NCBI RefSeq assembly: GCF_036321535.1
Contig: NC_087437.1
Location: 14,572,001 to 14,636,000 of the forward strand
Direction: 5' to 3'
DNA: 64,000 bases
DNA from: Camelus dromedarius
Lineage: Eukaryota
Under the pieces are notes generated by a model. That model worked only from the letters and a program-made list of their open reading frames with translations. It had not been told where the DNA came from and searched no databases. This document shows, in pieces, positions 35,630 to 47,450 of this stretch (positions are counted from its first letter, which is position 1; each line of letters begins with the position of its first letter). The position numbers and the translations under genes were made by a program.

Positions 35630-36262
35630 TAGAGGCACTCAGCAAAATCCAGAATGTGGAACACTATGCAGGACAAATTACCTGATTTATTCAGCAAATA
35701 AATTACAAGAAAAAGAGAGTGAGAAATAACCTATAGATTAAAAGTGACTTAAGAGACAACCAGTTGCATTGTCTGGACCTTATTTGGATCCCGATTAGTA
35801 CAAACTATTTTAAATTAATGATATATTGGGCAGGGGGAGGGTATAGCTCAATGGTAGAGTGCCTGCTTAGCATGCACGAGGTCCTGGGTTCAATCCCCAG
35901 TACCTCCGTTAAAAGAATATTTTAAAAATAACATAAAATAAAATAAAAATACAAAATAAAGCTGATGACATACCTTCAGGAATTTGAATACTAACAGGAT
36001 ATTTGATAATCTTAAAGAATTATTTTTATTTTTTTCAGGTGTGATAATAATATTGTGGCTGTTTTTAAAAGAGTGGTTTTAGAAGTGCATATTTACATAT
36101 TTCCAGAGGAAATGATCTGGTGTCTGGGATCAAGTGTAGGAGAATGCATTGGAGGGGTTTAAATAAGCAAGACTGGCCATGTGTTGGTCACCGTTGTAGC
36201 AGTTTATTATACTCTTCAGTTGTGTATATGCTTAAAATTTTCCACAATAAAAAATAAAACCA
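35630..36262 (+). mobile_element. Old L1MC4-like 3' end, interrupted by a SINE
   Basis: agcaaaatccagaatgtgg..acctatagattaaaagtgacttaagagaca..ggaccttatttggatcc..ggatatttgataat..aaaattttccacaataaaaa. Confidence 0.8.
35828..35960 (+). mobile_element. tRNA-Ala-derived SINE (Vic-1-like, short form)
   Basis: gggggagggtatagctcaatggtagagtgcctgcttagcatgcacgaggtcctgggttcaatccccagtacctcc plus A-rich tail; degraded TSD aattaatgatata / agctgatgacata. Confidence 0.92.
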
Positions 36263-36837
36263 AAGCAAACACCCCTGCCGTGGTGAATGTAGGACTGGTT
36301 GCACTGACCACCTGCCACTTTCTTAGGCTCGCAGGCTCCTCCATTAGACTAGAGGCAAAAGCCACGGCTAATGATCAGAACACATCTGCCTTGTCTGGCG
36401 CTGCCTGGGTTTATAGAGGTGGCTCAATGTTGGACTTCCTGCCCGTGGTAGACCCTCCTGTCCCAGGCTTGTATACAATTAGCCACATGGACCACCTCAC
36501 CCAAGGAACCAGGAGGTAATGTGATCTAATGAAAAGAAGTCTAGCCTTACCCTTTAGTTGCTGCATCATCTTGAGCAAAGCCCTTCACCTTGCTGAGCCT
36601 TGAGGAGTCGTAGTGACCGAATGGAATAGCATTAAGCATAATAGAACCACATAAACCCTGAAAATCCCTCCCAAGAATCTGGGCTCCCCAGTGCACCAGT
36701 CAGCTAAGACCCGGCAGTGGATCAGGGGGAGGAGTGGTCCCTAGAGAGGGAGTGACTGACATTTTCTCTCTCCCCCACCATTGGACTGCACCCCCTGAGG
36801 GAAGGAACTTACCTTGTGCTTCTTTGTGTTCCCAGGG

Positions 36838-37040
36838 CAGTGAGGTGGGAAGAACATGGCCTTGGGGGTTAGAGAGTCCTGGGTTTAAATTCTGTATCTA
36901 TCACTTACCTACCACGGAGACTTTGGCAAGTATTTTAACCTCCTTATCTGTGAGACAGCAATAATAATGCCCACTAAGGGGACTTAATGAAAGAAGACAT
37001 TCAATGCCCAGCTTATAGTTGGGGCTCAGGACTGGTAAGT
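36838..37040 (+). mobile_element. MIR SINE
   Basis: ggaagaacatggccttgggggttagagagtcctgggtttaaattc..gactttggcaagtattttaacctc. Confidence 0.75.
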
Positions 37041-37127
37041 TTCCCACTGCCTTCAAGTGCCCTCCTGATGCTCGGTGAATGAACGAGTGTAAGTGGATGT
37101 TTCTCTGCAATGTGGGTGTCTCAGCAG

Positions 37128-37283
37128 CAGGGTCACCAGGTACAGTTGCACAGGTTTTTCACTGCACAGGGGCGACTGGCTAGATTCCTCAAGCTGCGAC
37201 CTGAGCGTGGGGCTGTTTGCCCAGAAGAAGCGTGCCTTTGTCTATTTTGTGCAAAGCCGCTGAAGGGGCTGTCAGTGTCCCTG
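37128..37283. mobile_element. MER91A-like hAT-Tip100 element
   Basis: caggg..ccctg termini; tacagttgcacaggtttttcactgcacaggggcg..gcgtggggctg..gcctttgtctatttt. Confidence 0.7.
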
Positions 37284-37929
37284 CTTGGGAGAAAAATGCC
37301 AGTCACCCAGAGAAAGGAATTTGTTTTCATGATGCATGATTCAGACTACTGCCAGGAGTCAAGAGGAAGAATGACTCCAACTGATACTGTCAGAGCACCA
37401 GGACTTCTTTGGAGGAAATCACATTTTGAGACCATGTTAAAATTTCTTGTTGGTAGGTTCAGGTCCCTAGCCTGGGCATCATGGTAACAAGGTTATTATG
37501 AAGACAGAAGCGTGAAAATGCTAGTATCCAAATGGGCCAATAAAGGCGGCCACCGTGGGCCTGGCTGCATGTTAGGACTGATGTCCCCCAGGCTACCCTC
37601 AGGTCACAGTCAGCTCTGCATGTTCATATTGATGCCGGTGAATCTTAAATAGTGATAGATGTCCTCCGGGCAAGTGTCTCCGAGGGCTGATGCTACATTT
37701 GAAGTGTTTAAAGAGGTGCTGCCTCTCCAAAGCGGTGTCAAGGTCAGTGTGGTCCAGATGAGCATTTACTCTGGCGGAGCACCTTCTCTGCCCCTTAACG
37801 GTCTTGTTACTTCATCTCAAGTTCAAGGCCATAGAGGCTCAGGGGCAAGGGTCTGACCTTCTGAAAGGAAAGGTTAGAGGCAAGGCCCATTTCTGGAGAT
37901 GTGTTTGTAGGGGAGGTCAAAATGATTCT

Positions 37930-38259
37930 AAGAAATGATACAAATCTTATTTACAAACCAAAAACAGACTCACAGATATAGAAAACAAACTATGATTACC
38001 AAAGGGGAAAGGGAGGGGGAGGGATAAATTAGGAGTTTGGGATTAATAGACACCCATTACTATATATAAAATAAATAAACAATAAAGACCTACTCTATAG
38101 CAGAGGGAACTATATTCAATATCTTGTAATAACATATAATAGAAAAGAATCTAAAAAAAAAAATCTATTTATTTGTAGCTGTATAACTGAATCGCTTCTC
38201 TATATACCTGAAACTAACATTGTAAATCAACTACACTTAAATAAAAAACAAAATTTTAG
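37930..38259 (+). mobile_element. L1 3' end (5'-truncated) with 11-bp TSD
   Basis: acaaaccaaaaacagactcacagatatagaaaacaaact..gggaactatattcaatatcttgtaataac..acattgtaaatcaactacac; TSD aaaatgattct at 37919-37929 and 38260-38270. Confidence 0.92.
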
Positions 38260-39304
38260 AAAATGATTCTGAAGTCTGTTAGGACAAGCAAGGGGCAAAG
38301 AAGAGCAGTGAGGGTCAGTGAAGGGAGCAGGGAAGGCAGAGGGCAGGCAGGCTTAAGTGTACGGTGTGAAGTACGTATAGACATCAGTTCTCTCCTAAGT
38401 GCTTAACTGGTTGTCTCAGTACCACTTATTGTAAACTCCTTTTTCTTCTTTCCCAATACCACCTTTGTAGGCTAATTTTTCATCTTTTAGGGGTTTTCTG
38501 TTTAGTTTCATTAATCTCTCTGATCTCATGCCAGTGTCTCTAGTTGGCAGCTAAGAATGCTGATATCCAAGGGGAGGTTGTAACCACATTCAGAATTGAA
38601 GTTAGATGTGTGCTTCCTTAAACAGGGAACGATACCATTTTGCATTTTGGAACCTCACATCATGAGGTCAGACGGAGCCATTTCTGACAGTGGTGTGTAT
38701 ATAATAGGGGATTAATCATTTGTTCCGGAGTGTAAGATCACGCCATGACTCCCTGACCACAAGGGAAGAACTCAAAGCTTGTCACCTGTAATTAAAAATC
38801 TGGTGGTGATCAGTGACACTCCCTATAATTTGACCCTTTTTTCCTTTTTCTACAATTAACACAACTGTGTGAGGGCTCACTGACCTGCTTATGTCTGAAG
38901 CCCCCAGCCTGGGTCAGCGGGTGTCTTCCCGCCATCACCCTGTGAGAAGCAGGGGGTGCTTGTTGTTTCTGCCCAGGCAGGTGAGAACAGTGTTACAGGC
39001 ATTTAGCCAAGAACAGAGGTGGGTTTTTCCTAACCCCATCCTATCCCCCTCCCCTCCTGCTGCCCGGAGTCAGGCCACTCTCTCAGAGAAGTAGACAGGA
39101 AACCAGGATGAGTTTTACTTTATTCTCCAGGTTTGTAGCAGGCTAAGTGCAAATTGGCCTGAACCCTGAACAATACTTTCTGAACCTCTGTGCCACAGGT
39201 CCCCCAAATAATTGGGGGTAGGAGGAAGGAATAAAGGAGGGAAGTGTTCAGAGGTCTCACATCTCCCATTTCAGTCTCACTGTGTTAAGCCTATGATTCT
39301 GTTT

Positions 39305-39470
39305 AACCCTTAGCACAGTGTGATGGTGTTTATTTATTTATCTGTATGTATGTCCCCCACCCACTACCCCACCTTGAGCTGCCTAAGAGTGTCAGGACTC
39401 TCTTAACCATGTTCATAATCTAGTATGGTGTCTGGAGTATAGTAGGTGGTAAAGAAGTGTTGGGGAAATT
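39305..39470 (+). mobile_element. L2 LINE 3' fragment
   Basis: cttagcacag..tttatttatctg..tgagctgcctaagagtgtcaggact..tctagtatggtgtctggagtatagtaggtg. Confidence 0.55.
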
Positions 39471-40006
39471 ATCAAGTGAGAGTATCTTGGAGTGTTGTGT
39501 CAACACTAGTATTTGGTGAAAACCCCCATTCCTGTGTTCAATCCAGCAATGTTGTGTGTATAATGGGGGGAATATGAGGGGAAGGAAGGCATCTCCTTTA
39601 AAAAAAAAAATTAGCCACTGTGGCCTGATGCCTTGGAACATTTTCCAGGTCCATGTCACTAAAATCAGAGAAGGAATCTGGGAAATGAAGTTGTGGCTCT
39701 TTGCTGAGAAAGATAAATACTGTTCTCTAAGCAGGTGACACATTGCTACATCAATGCCTGGAGCCTGTGACAGCCTGGCAGTCACTGGCAGAGCTTTTCT
39801 GGGTCTTGTCTCTGCAGACAGGATCGTGAGGCCTCACAGAAAAGCCCAAACGGAAAAGAGGAGGGAAATCCTGGAAGTGGAGGACACCCAGCCTCCAATC
39901 ACTCCTTACCCTGCGTTTCAACTCTGGGCTGCTTTGCTAATCACATGGGAAAGCCATGGCAGGAGGTTTTACTTACCCTTCCCTTTACTTGGTTAGCCTC
40001 ATTTTT

Positions 40007-40187
40007 TAAAATTTAAGCGTAGTCAATTACAATGTGTCAATTTCTGGTGTACACCACAATGTCCCAGTCATGCATACATATATATATACACATATTCATT
40101 TTCATTAAAGTTTATTACAAGATATTGAATATATTTCCCTGTGCTATACAGAAGAAATTTGTTTTTTATCTATTTTTATATATATAG
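40007..40187 (-). mobile_element. Short young L1 3' end with 13-bp TSD
   Basis: TSD tagcctcattttt (39994-40006) / tagcctaattttt (40188-40200); body matches the 3' part of the 60.5 kb copy. Confidence 0.9.
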
Positions 40188-41549
40188 TAGCCTAATTTTT
40201 ATTTATTGTTTTCTTTTAAGGCAAAGAAAAAGTTCACATAATTCTTATGACAGCTCTCAGGCACACGAAGTGAAGGCCCAGGGCCCTGTGCTCAGCTCCT
40301 CCCAGAACAGCACACACAGGCGCACCCACCTCAGGAACGACCTGGGAGGGGGTGGTTACTTGCTAATAAACATGCGTCCAGGCTGTGACCAGGGTTTCCT
40401 GGGGGAAGGTTAGAGGGCAGTGTGTCCTTACATCCTCTCCACAGAAAGAGGATTAAAATTCCCCAGAAAAAGGAACTGGATGCTGGGAAAGATGCAGGTC
40501 CTCCAAGGAGTTTCCCTGTCTTTTCATCCATTGTATCTGGCAGTTTTGCTTTTGAAAAGAAACTCACAATGATGTGAAGGAGGAAGAGGAACATTAAAAA
40601 TGTCATCAATACCATCGTACAGATATACAGATAAATACAGACATACAGATACATAAACACCATCACACTGTAGGTAGCTATTTACCTACCCTGAAATGTG
40701 CTGGGTATACACAATTCCTTTTGCGAAAACAACTTTTTAAAAATAAGTAAGTCGCCTTTTGGTGAGAAGCTTTCTCTTTGCTAGTTCTGCTTCCCGTGCA
40801 GAAGCCTGCAGTGCATTGGCCAGCCGTGCTGGATGTGAGCCTTCCATGTTGCTATGGAGAGTGGCTGCAGCCAAGAGACTCCACGGGGGAGGCAGAGAGG
40901 TGGGAGGAAGCTAAATCTAGAGTCTCCACAGGGAAAGATTGAGCAGAGAGAAACAATATTCAAGTTGTGTATGTGTGTGTGAGAATATGAGAGGGGGTGA
41001 GGGGCACAGAGAGACAAAGAAAGAGTATGTTGTTTGTAACATGTGGGTTATAGTTAGCTCTCTTGGAAACGTCCTTCTCCAGAATGACATAGGTGAGAAT
41101 CTTGGGCAATAAAACCATCTGGTTTTACAGGAAAGCATCTGATCAGACAGAGTATAACTTGTGTTTTTCCTTTTTTAAAAAGTTTTTGTTGTTGTTGCTG
41201 GACATAGGATTGTTGCTTTGTTTTGTTGCTTTTGCTAAAATGAAATACAGAACTGTGCCTTCCTGCTAAAGTGAGCCTTTTCTAGAGAATGGAGCTTGCT
41301 TTGTTGATTGGGTTCTAACTCATGCTTTCTATGCTGACCAGGTCACACCTGTGTTTTTAACGTGTTCAGTTTATTTAAAAATAATGAACAAATAACTTGA
41401 TAACATATTGGGCTGGGGGACAAAAAGGATCCCTAAAAAGTATGATATTTGGGATTCACTTCAGAATTAAACATTAGAGGTGAGAAGTAGACAAGGTAAA
41501 TATCAGGCACAGGGGATAAGAGAGATCCCTAAGAAATAGCTGTAATTGT

Positions 41550-41720
41550 ATAACGTCTAGAAATTTACCTCAGAGCAGTGGGAGAAAGGAGGGAAGGGGA
41601 TGGGGGTTTTGATGAAACAGGACTGGCCAGGAGTTGATCATTGTTGGCACGTGGAAGGTTCCTAATACTGTTTTGCCTACTTTTATACAGGTTTACATTT
41701 GTCTGTAATGAAAGGTAAAC
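41550..41720 (+). mobile_element. Old L1MC-type 3' end
   Basis: gatgaaacaggactggccaggagttgatcattgttg..ttcctaatactgttttgcctacttttatacaggttt. Confidence 0.55.
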
Positions 41721-43359
41721 AGTTGCACACATGTCCCTCAGCTCTTAGGTTTGGAAGAAATCACAGTAAAAGAAGTCAGGCTGCAGGCTACCAAGAGATT
41801 TTACTAAAAGAAAGATACTGGCATTTAGTGTGGGTGGTTGCTTTATTTGGGGGTGCTCACTGTCGTCAAATGTCTCAGTGGTGATGAAAAAAAGGCTGGA
41901 ATAAAGAACTCCTGGTTATGGATTTGATCCAGACTTAATAGGGCTCATCCATTGCTGATGACTTTATGGAGCAATTCACCATCCTAACGAAACATTCCTC
42001 TGATGGAACATTCTAATAAAGGCACAGAAACCAGACAAATGACTCTGTTTCCTAAAACCAACAACAAAACATCCAGTGCAGGCTGCAGTGTGCATTGAAC
42101 AGCCAAAATATTGCCTTTCTTCATCTGTCAGAACCCTCTGGGGAGCAGAAGGCACATGGAATCTGCCTTTAGTTACTGTATCAGTGCCATTTATGGACTG
42201 TGAGTTACATGTCTGTGAGGTTCCCCCAAGGATCCATATTGATTTTCTTCTCTTCTAGTTTCCCCAGAAGCATGACCCCCTGTGTTCCATGATACATGTA
42301 TTTCCCTGGGGACAAACCTAATTAAATCTCAAGAATCATAGGATGCAGTCTTATTAATATTTGTCAGGGGAATTCTAGTGATGGAGAATGGGGACGTCTC
42401 AAGAACCTAGAGACTAACCCAGAAGTCAATTTGTGTCAAAAATACATACTGAAACCTGGAATTCAATTTACTGGCTGAGGGCTTTATCCTTAGAGGGAGC
42501 TGAGTTGTCCAGTTTGCCCCTGGAATAGCTACTTTTTGTACTGGGAAAGGCAGCGTATGAGAGAGAAAAATCATTTCTCTGTTGAATCGTCTCATCTCTT
42601 GGAGGCTTGAGGAAGCTACAGCTTCAGCTTAGAGATCCCACAAGGAGGAATTCTATTGAAGGGGGATGCTGAATATCTGGAAAAGTCTCTGTAGCCATGT
42701 CAAAAATTGACAGGAGAAAACTTCTGGGAAAATAGGCACCAAATGTGAATCAACACATTCACTCCCACCAGCTCCAGAGGATGGTTGTCATGCTCAACAA
42801 ACAGGGAACGCTGGAAGAGTTGAGTGCGTGGCAGGAGACATCAATAGTGAGATACCAAGACCAGAGGGCTCCTTCTCACTGAGGGTGCTCCCTAGAGGCG
42901 GGTAGATGCCATAGTGTTAAAATAAAATCTTCCTGATTCTATGATAATCAGCCTGTTTGGGAAATGCTTTTGGTCCAAATTAAATCTCGAGCCAGGTTCT
43001 GGTGTATTTCAATACTTTCTGAAGATGGGGGAGGGCGGGGACCTGTACATCTTAAAGCCCTTCAGTTTTAGCCATTATCAATCACCTAGATTCAGTCTTC
43101 TTTCTATCCTGTAAGCTGATTAGTTACATTGCATAGCATATTCCCCTAACCAAGGAACCATTAGGAAAATGGGTGACCATTAGTGTCACATTTGTAAACT
43201 ATTTCCGGCAGATAAATTGAGAGAAGAGAATCTATCCTAGTAGTGCTCCAGGTGTCAAATCCCTGAGCATTTGTCATACAATCAGATCACCTTCTCAGTC
43301 CCTGACACTAATTCATCAAGACCTCATCTGAAGCCAGATTCGAATGACTGCATATGCCA

Positions 43360-43845
43360 TGACAGCAAAGTCCTGGGGAGCTCTCCGCGTGTGCGGCACT
43401 CCTTCCTGTGGGGTGAGGTCCTCTTCTCTGGGAGCCTGTGGCTTATTTGCAGTGCCTCTAATTCTGTAAAGAAAGATCTAGAACAGTACCTTCCAGTATG
43501 GAAAGTCTGTTACATGTATGCTTCTGACATGTGAGCAGGTTAATATTCCAAGAGGCAGGCACCCTTTCACTAAGGAAGAGTCAGTGAAAAGATTTTCCCT
43601 CTTCTGTCCCTTGGAAGGATAGTAAGATACATTCTACTTGCTCTCCCAAGGATCCTCAGCAAGACTGCACCCTAGTTGTCCACAGTGGTGATCAGCTCAA
43701 CTACATATCCTTGAATATTCTTCTTCTTTGCTTTTTCACTCTTTCCAATCCCCTACACCTGTTCCCTGATATCACTCTCCACCATAAATTACGTATATTT
43801 AAGCTATATCTCAGCCTGCCTTTGCGGGAAGCCAGAGTTAAAACA
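43360..43845 (+). mobile_element. LTR16-like ERVL solo LTR
   Basis: cccaaggatcctcagcaagactgcaccctagttgtccacagtggtga..cactctccaccataaattac..tctcagcctgcctttgcgggaagccagagttaaaaca. Confidence 0.7.
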
Positions 43846-45431
43846 TCCCCTCTCCTTTCGCCATCCTTACTCTGCTCCTGCCTCTTCATTCAGAAAAGAA
43901 AATCAAATAATCTTAGAGTCAGAAAGGCCTTTAAAGAACATTCATTTCGACAGCTTTTGGTTACAGATAAGGAGACAGAAGTCCAAAGAGATTATATGCC
44001 TCTGTTGTAACTTGTCTTTCCGTGAAACAGATAAGGGCAAGTGGAAAATCAGAAACATGTAAGGGACAACAGAGCTTGGCAGACAGTTCCAGAGTTAGGA
44101 ATAAGTCTTGTTTAACAGGAAATAGGGCTAATCTTTGACATGGCATAAAAGGAATCAGCACCTAGGAGTTGAAATGGAGAAGTAATTGTACAATTTTGTA
44201 ATAAATAAATAGTAAATGTTTAAGACTGTTCAAAGTTTGTGGTCAGTTGCATCTTTCTGGAGAGTTGATTTCTTAGGAAGTCAATCCATATGTTTTCATT
44301 GAGCATCATCTTATTGAGGTCCGTGCTGGTGTTTTGAGAGAGTCAAGGGGCATCCTGAAATGGTTCCCAGAAGGCTCGAGATCAGGAAATTGAACTTCTT
44401 AATTATATTTTGGCCATCAATTAACCTGAGCAAGTCATTTTCTCTCTATGGGCTCGGGGTCAGTTCCTTTTTTTATAAAATAACTATTGGTCTTATCATC
44501 AAGTCATAGAATGTTGACTTTTGAAGTGGCTTGGAGCTCATCCTCACTTTGCAGTTTCAAAGAAATGAAGTGAGTCTTTGGAAGTCATTGATTTAGAATC
44601 AGACTTGGCACTGTAACCCTGGTCTTCCTGATCCTCAGTCTATAAATGAGATTTGAGATTCTTCCCAACCGTGAAATCCTATAATTCCAAGATTGAAATA
44701 TAAGACAGTATTTCTGCCCTGAAGGACCCCATAATCAAACTGAGGAGACACTTGACACACAGAAATAGTTATTATAAGACAACAGATAAGATTCAATAAG
44801 CAGAGCAACCCTCCACTTCTTTGGCCATTCAGAGAAGCAAGTTGTCAAGAAAATCACTGAGATTTGAGCTGAGATTTGAAAAGATGCTGGATGGAAAAGG
44901 TCATTATGGATGTAGGAAAATAGCCAGAGAAAAGTCATGGGCCTGGGATCAACCAGGAGGACAGCAAAACTGGATCTGTCCAGCAGGAGTGGGTGGGTGA
45001 GATGGTGGGGGTGAGTAAGGTCCTGGGAGAGAAAGAGTTCTTGGTGTTGCTCTTCGGTTCCTTAAGGCTGATCTGAAGTTATATGTCGTGAGGGGATCTG
45101 ACTTATTTCATCTATAACAGAGGGAACTAAAATGTGGAAACTGACTAAGATCTCTTGTAATTACACAAAGAGTTAAATCTGATACTTTCTGATTTGTCCT
45201 CAGGCAGTTTTATTTATATCTTTTAAATTAAAAATCATTTTAATCTAGGAGACAATATTATGGTCAATATGTATCTAAACCCAGTCACATCAGATCTAAC
45301 AATATGACAAGAGATGAAATAACCTAATGTAATTTCTGTTTATGTTGAGAGGCTTGATAAAAAGGATCATTTTTTTTCTATTTGAATAAGAAACACAGTA
45401 GAGATGAGAAAGCTTAATTACAACCTTAATT

Positions 45432-45463
<32 letters not shown>

Positions 45464-45464
45464 G
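45432..45464. repeat. (TTG)11 microsatellite
   Basis: Direct reading of a perfect trinucleotide run. Confidence 0.95.
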
Positions 45465-45929
45465 AAATCAAATGTGTGGTTTTTTTAAGCAGTTTTATTT
45501 TTTAAACAATATTTTAAACATAAATGATACCCAGTGTCACTGGCACCAGGGGTAGTTAGAAAATTCAATTAGTAGGATAATGAACAAATGACTTTTTTTT
45601 TTTCTGGTGGTAGTTGTTTGGAACAGATTGTTTAAATAAGTACAATTGTTTAGAAACAGAAATGGATAAGACCCATTCAGCTTGATAAATTACCTGTTTA
45701 AGTGGGATTGGTGTAAAGGTGAGGAGGAGATTCAAAGTTTCATGTTTGGCTTGGATAATTAGAGAAATGTAATTATAGCAAGGTAATAACAGTATATATA
45801 CTTTAAAAACAAATAAACAAGTGAAAAAACATCAAAACAACAAACAATAAAATAGAAATCATAAAGCAATACGGGAGAATTAAGACCCAACATTCATGTG
45901 CATAAATTTAAAGTCCTTTATTAGATGAC

Positions 45930-47450
45930 AAAGACACACACAGACTGAAAGGGAAAGGATGGAATAAGATATTTCATGCAAATGCAGCAAAAGCAGTTCT
46001 AAGAGAGAAGTTCATAGCAATACAGGCCTTCCTCAAGAAACAAGCAAAAAAAGGAAAGAAACAAGAAAGATCACAAATAAACAACTGAACCTACCACTTA
46101 AACAAACTAGGAAAAGAAGAACAAAGCCCAAAGTCAGCAGAAGAAAGGAAATAATAAAGATCAGAGAGGAAATAAAATAGAGATAAAAATAGAAAAGATC
46201 AATGAAACCAAGAGCTGTTTTTTTTAAAAATAAGCAAAACTGATAAGCCTTTAGCCAAGTTCACTGAGAAGAAAATAGAGAGGACCAAAGTAAAATAAGA
46301 AATGAAAGAGGAGAAATAACAACCAATACCACAGGGATACAAAAAATCATAAGAAAATACTATGAACAATTATATGCCAACAAGTTGGAGAACCAAGAAG
46401 AAATGGACACGTTCCTAGAAATATACAACCTGTCAAGACAGAATCAAGAAGAAATAGAAATTTGAGCACTGATCACTAGTTGTGAAACTGAATTTGAAGT
46501 TTTTAAAAACTCCAGAAAACAAAAGTCCAGGACCAGACTGCTTCACAGGGGAATTCTACCAAACATATAAAGAAGAACTAATACCTATCCTTCTCAAACT
46601 ATTCTAAAAAGTTGAAGAGGATGGAAGGTTCCCAGATTCACTCTATGAGGCCACCATTACCCTAATACCAAAACCAGACAAAGACACTACAAAAAACTAA
46701 TAATAAAATTATAGTCCAATATCTTTAATGAATATAGATGGGAAATTCCTCAACAAAATACTAGCAAAGTGAATTCAACAATGTATAAAAAGGATCATAC
46801 ACTATGATCAAGATGGGTCACACACTATGATTTGATGTATTCCAAGATCACAAAGATGGTTCAAAATTTGCAAATCAATCAATGTAATATACTAACAAAA
46901 GGAAGAATAAAAATCACATGATCATCTCAATAGACATAGAAAAAGCATTTGACAAAATTCAACATCCCATTTATGATAAAAATTCATCAAAGTGAGTATG
47001 GAGGGAACATAACATAATAAAGGCCATTTATGACAAACCCACAGCCAATATTGTACTCAATGGTGAAAAGCTGAAAGCATTTCCCCCAAATTCAGGAACA
47101 AGACAGGGATCTCCACTCTTGCCACTTCTATTTAACATGGTGTTGGAAATCTTAGCCACAGCAATCAGACAAGAAAAATAAATAAAAACCATCCAAATTG
47201 GAAAGGAAGAGGTAAAACTGTCACTATTTGCAGATAACATGATACTTTATATAGAAAACCCTAAGGTTTCCACCCAGAAACTTTTAGAACCAATACATGA
47301 ATTCAGCAAAGTTGTAGGATACAAAATTAATATACAGAAGTCTGCTGTGTTTCTATATACTAATAATGAAATATCAGAAAGAGAACATTTTTAAAAATCC
47401 TGTATAAAATCACATCAAAAATAATCAAATACTTAGGAATAAACTTAATC
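45930..47450 (+). pseudogene. L1 ORF2 remnant (endonuclease piece fused to linker and reverse transcriptase), truncated at both ends
   Basis: [99 protein letters not shown] (FADD motif mutated); stops and frameshifts. Confidence 0.93.

Noticed and set aside
27336..47450. The 5' L1 piece and the ORF2 piece as one element split by an insertion
   Set aside because: The 16 kb between them contains MIR, L2 and other repeats far older than these L1s, so it cannot be a later simple insertion. A rearrangement cannot be shown from this window.
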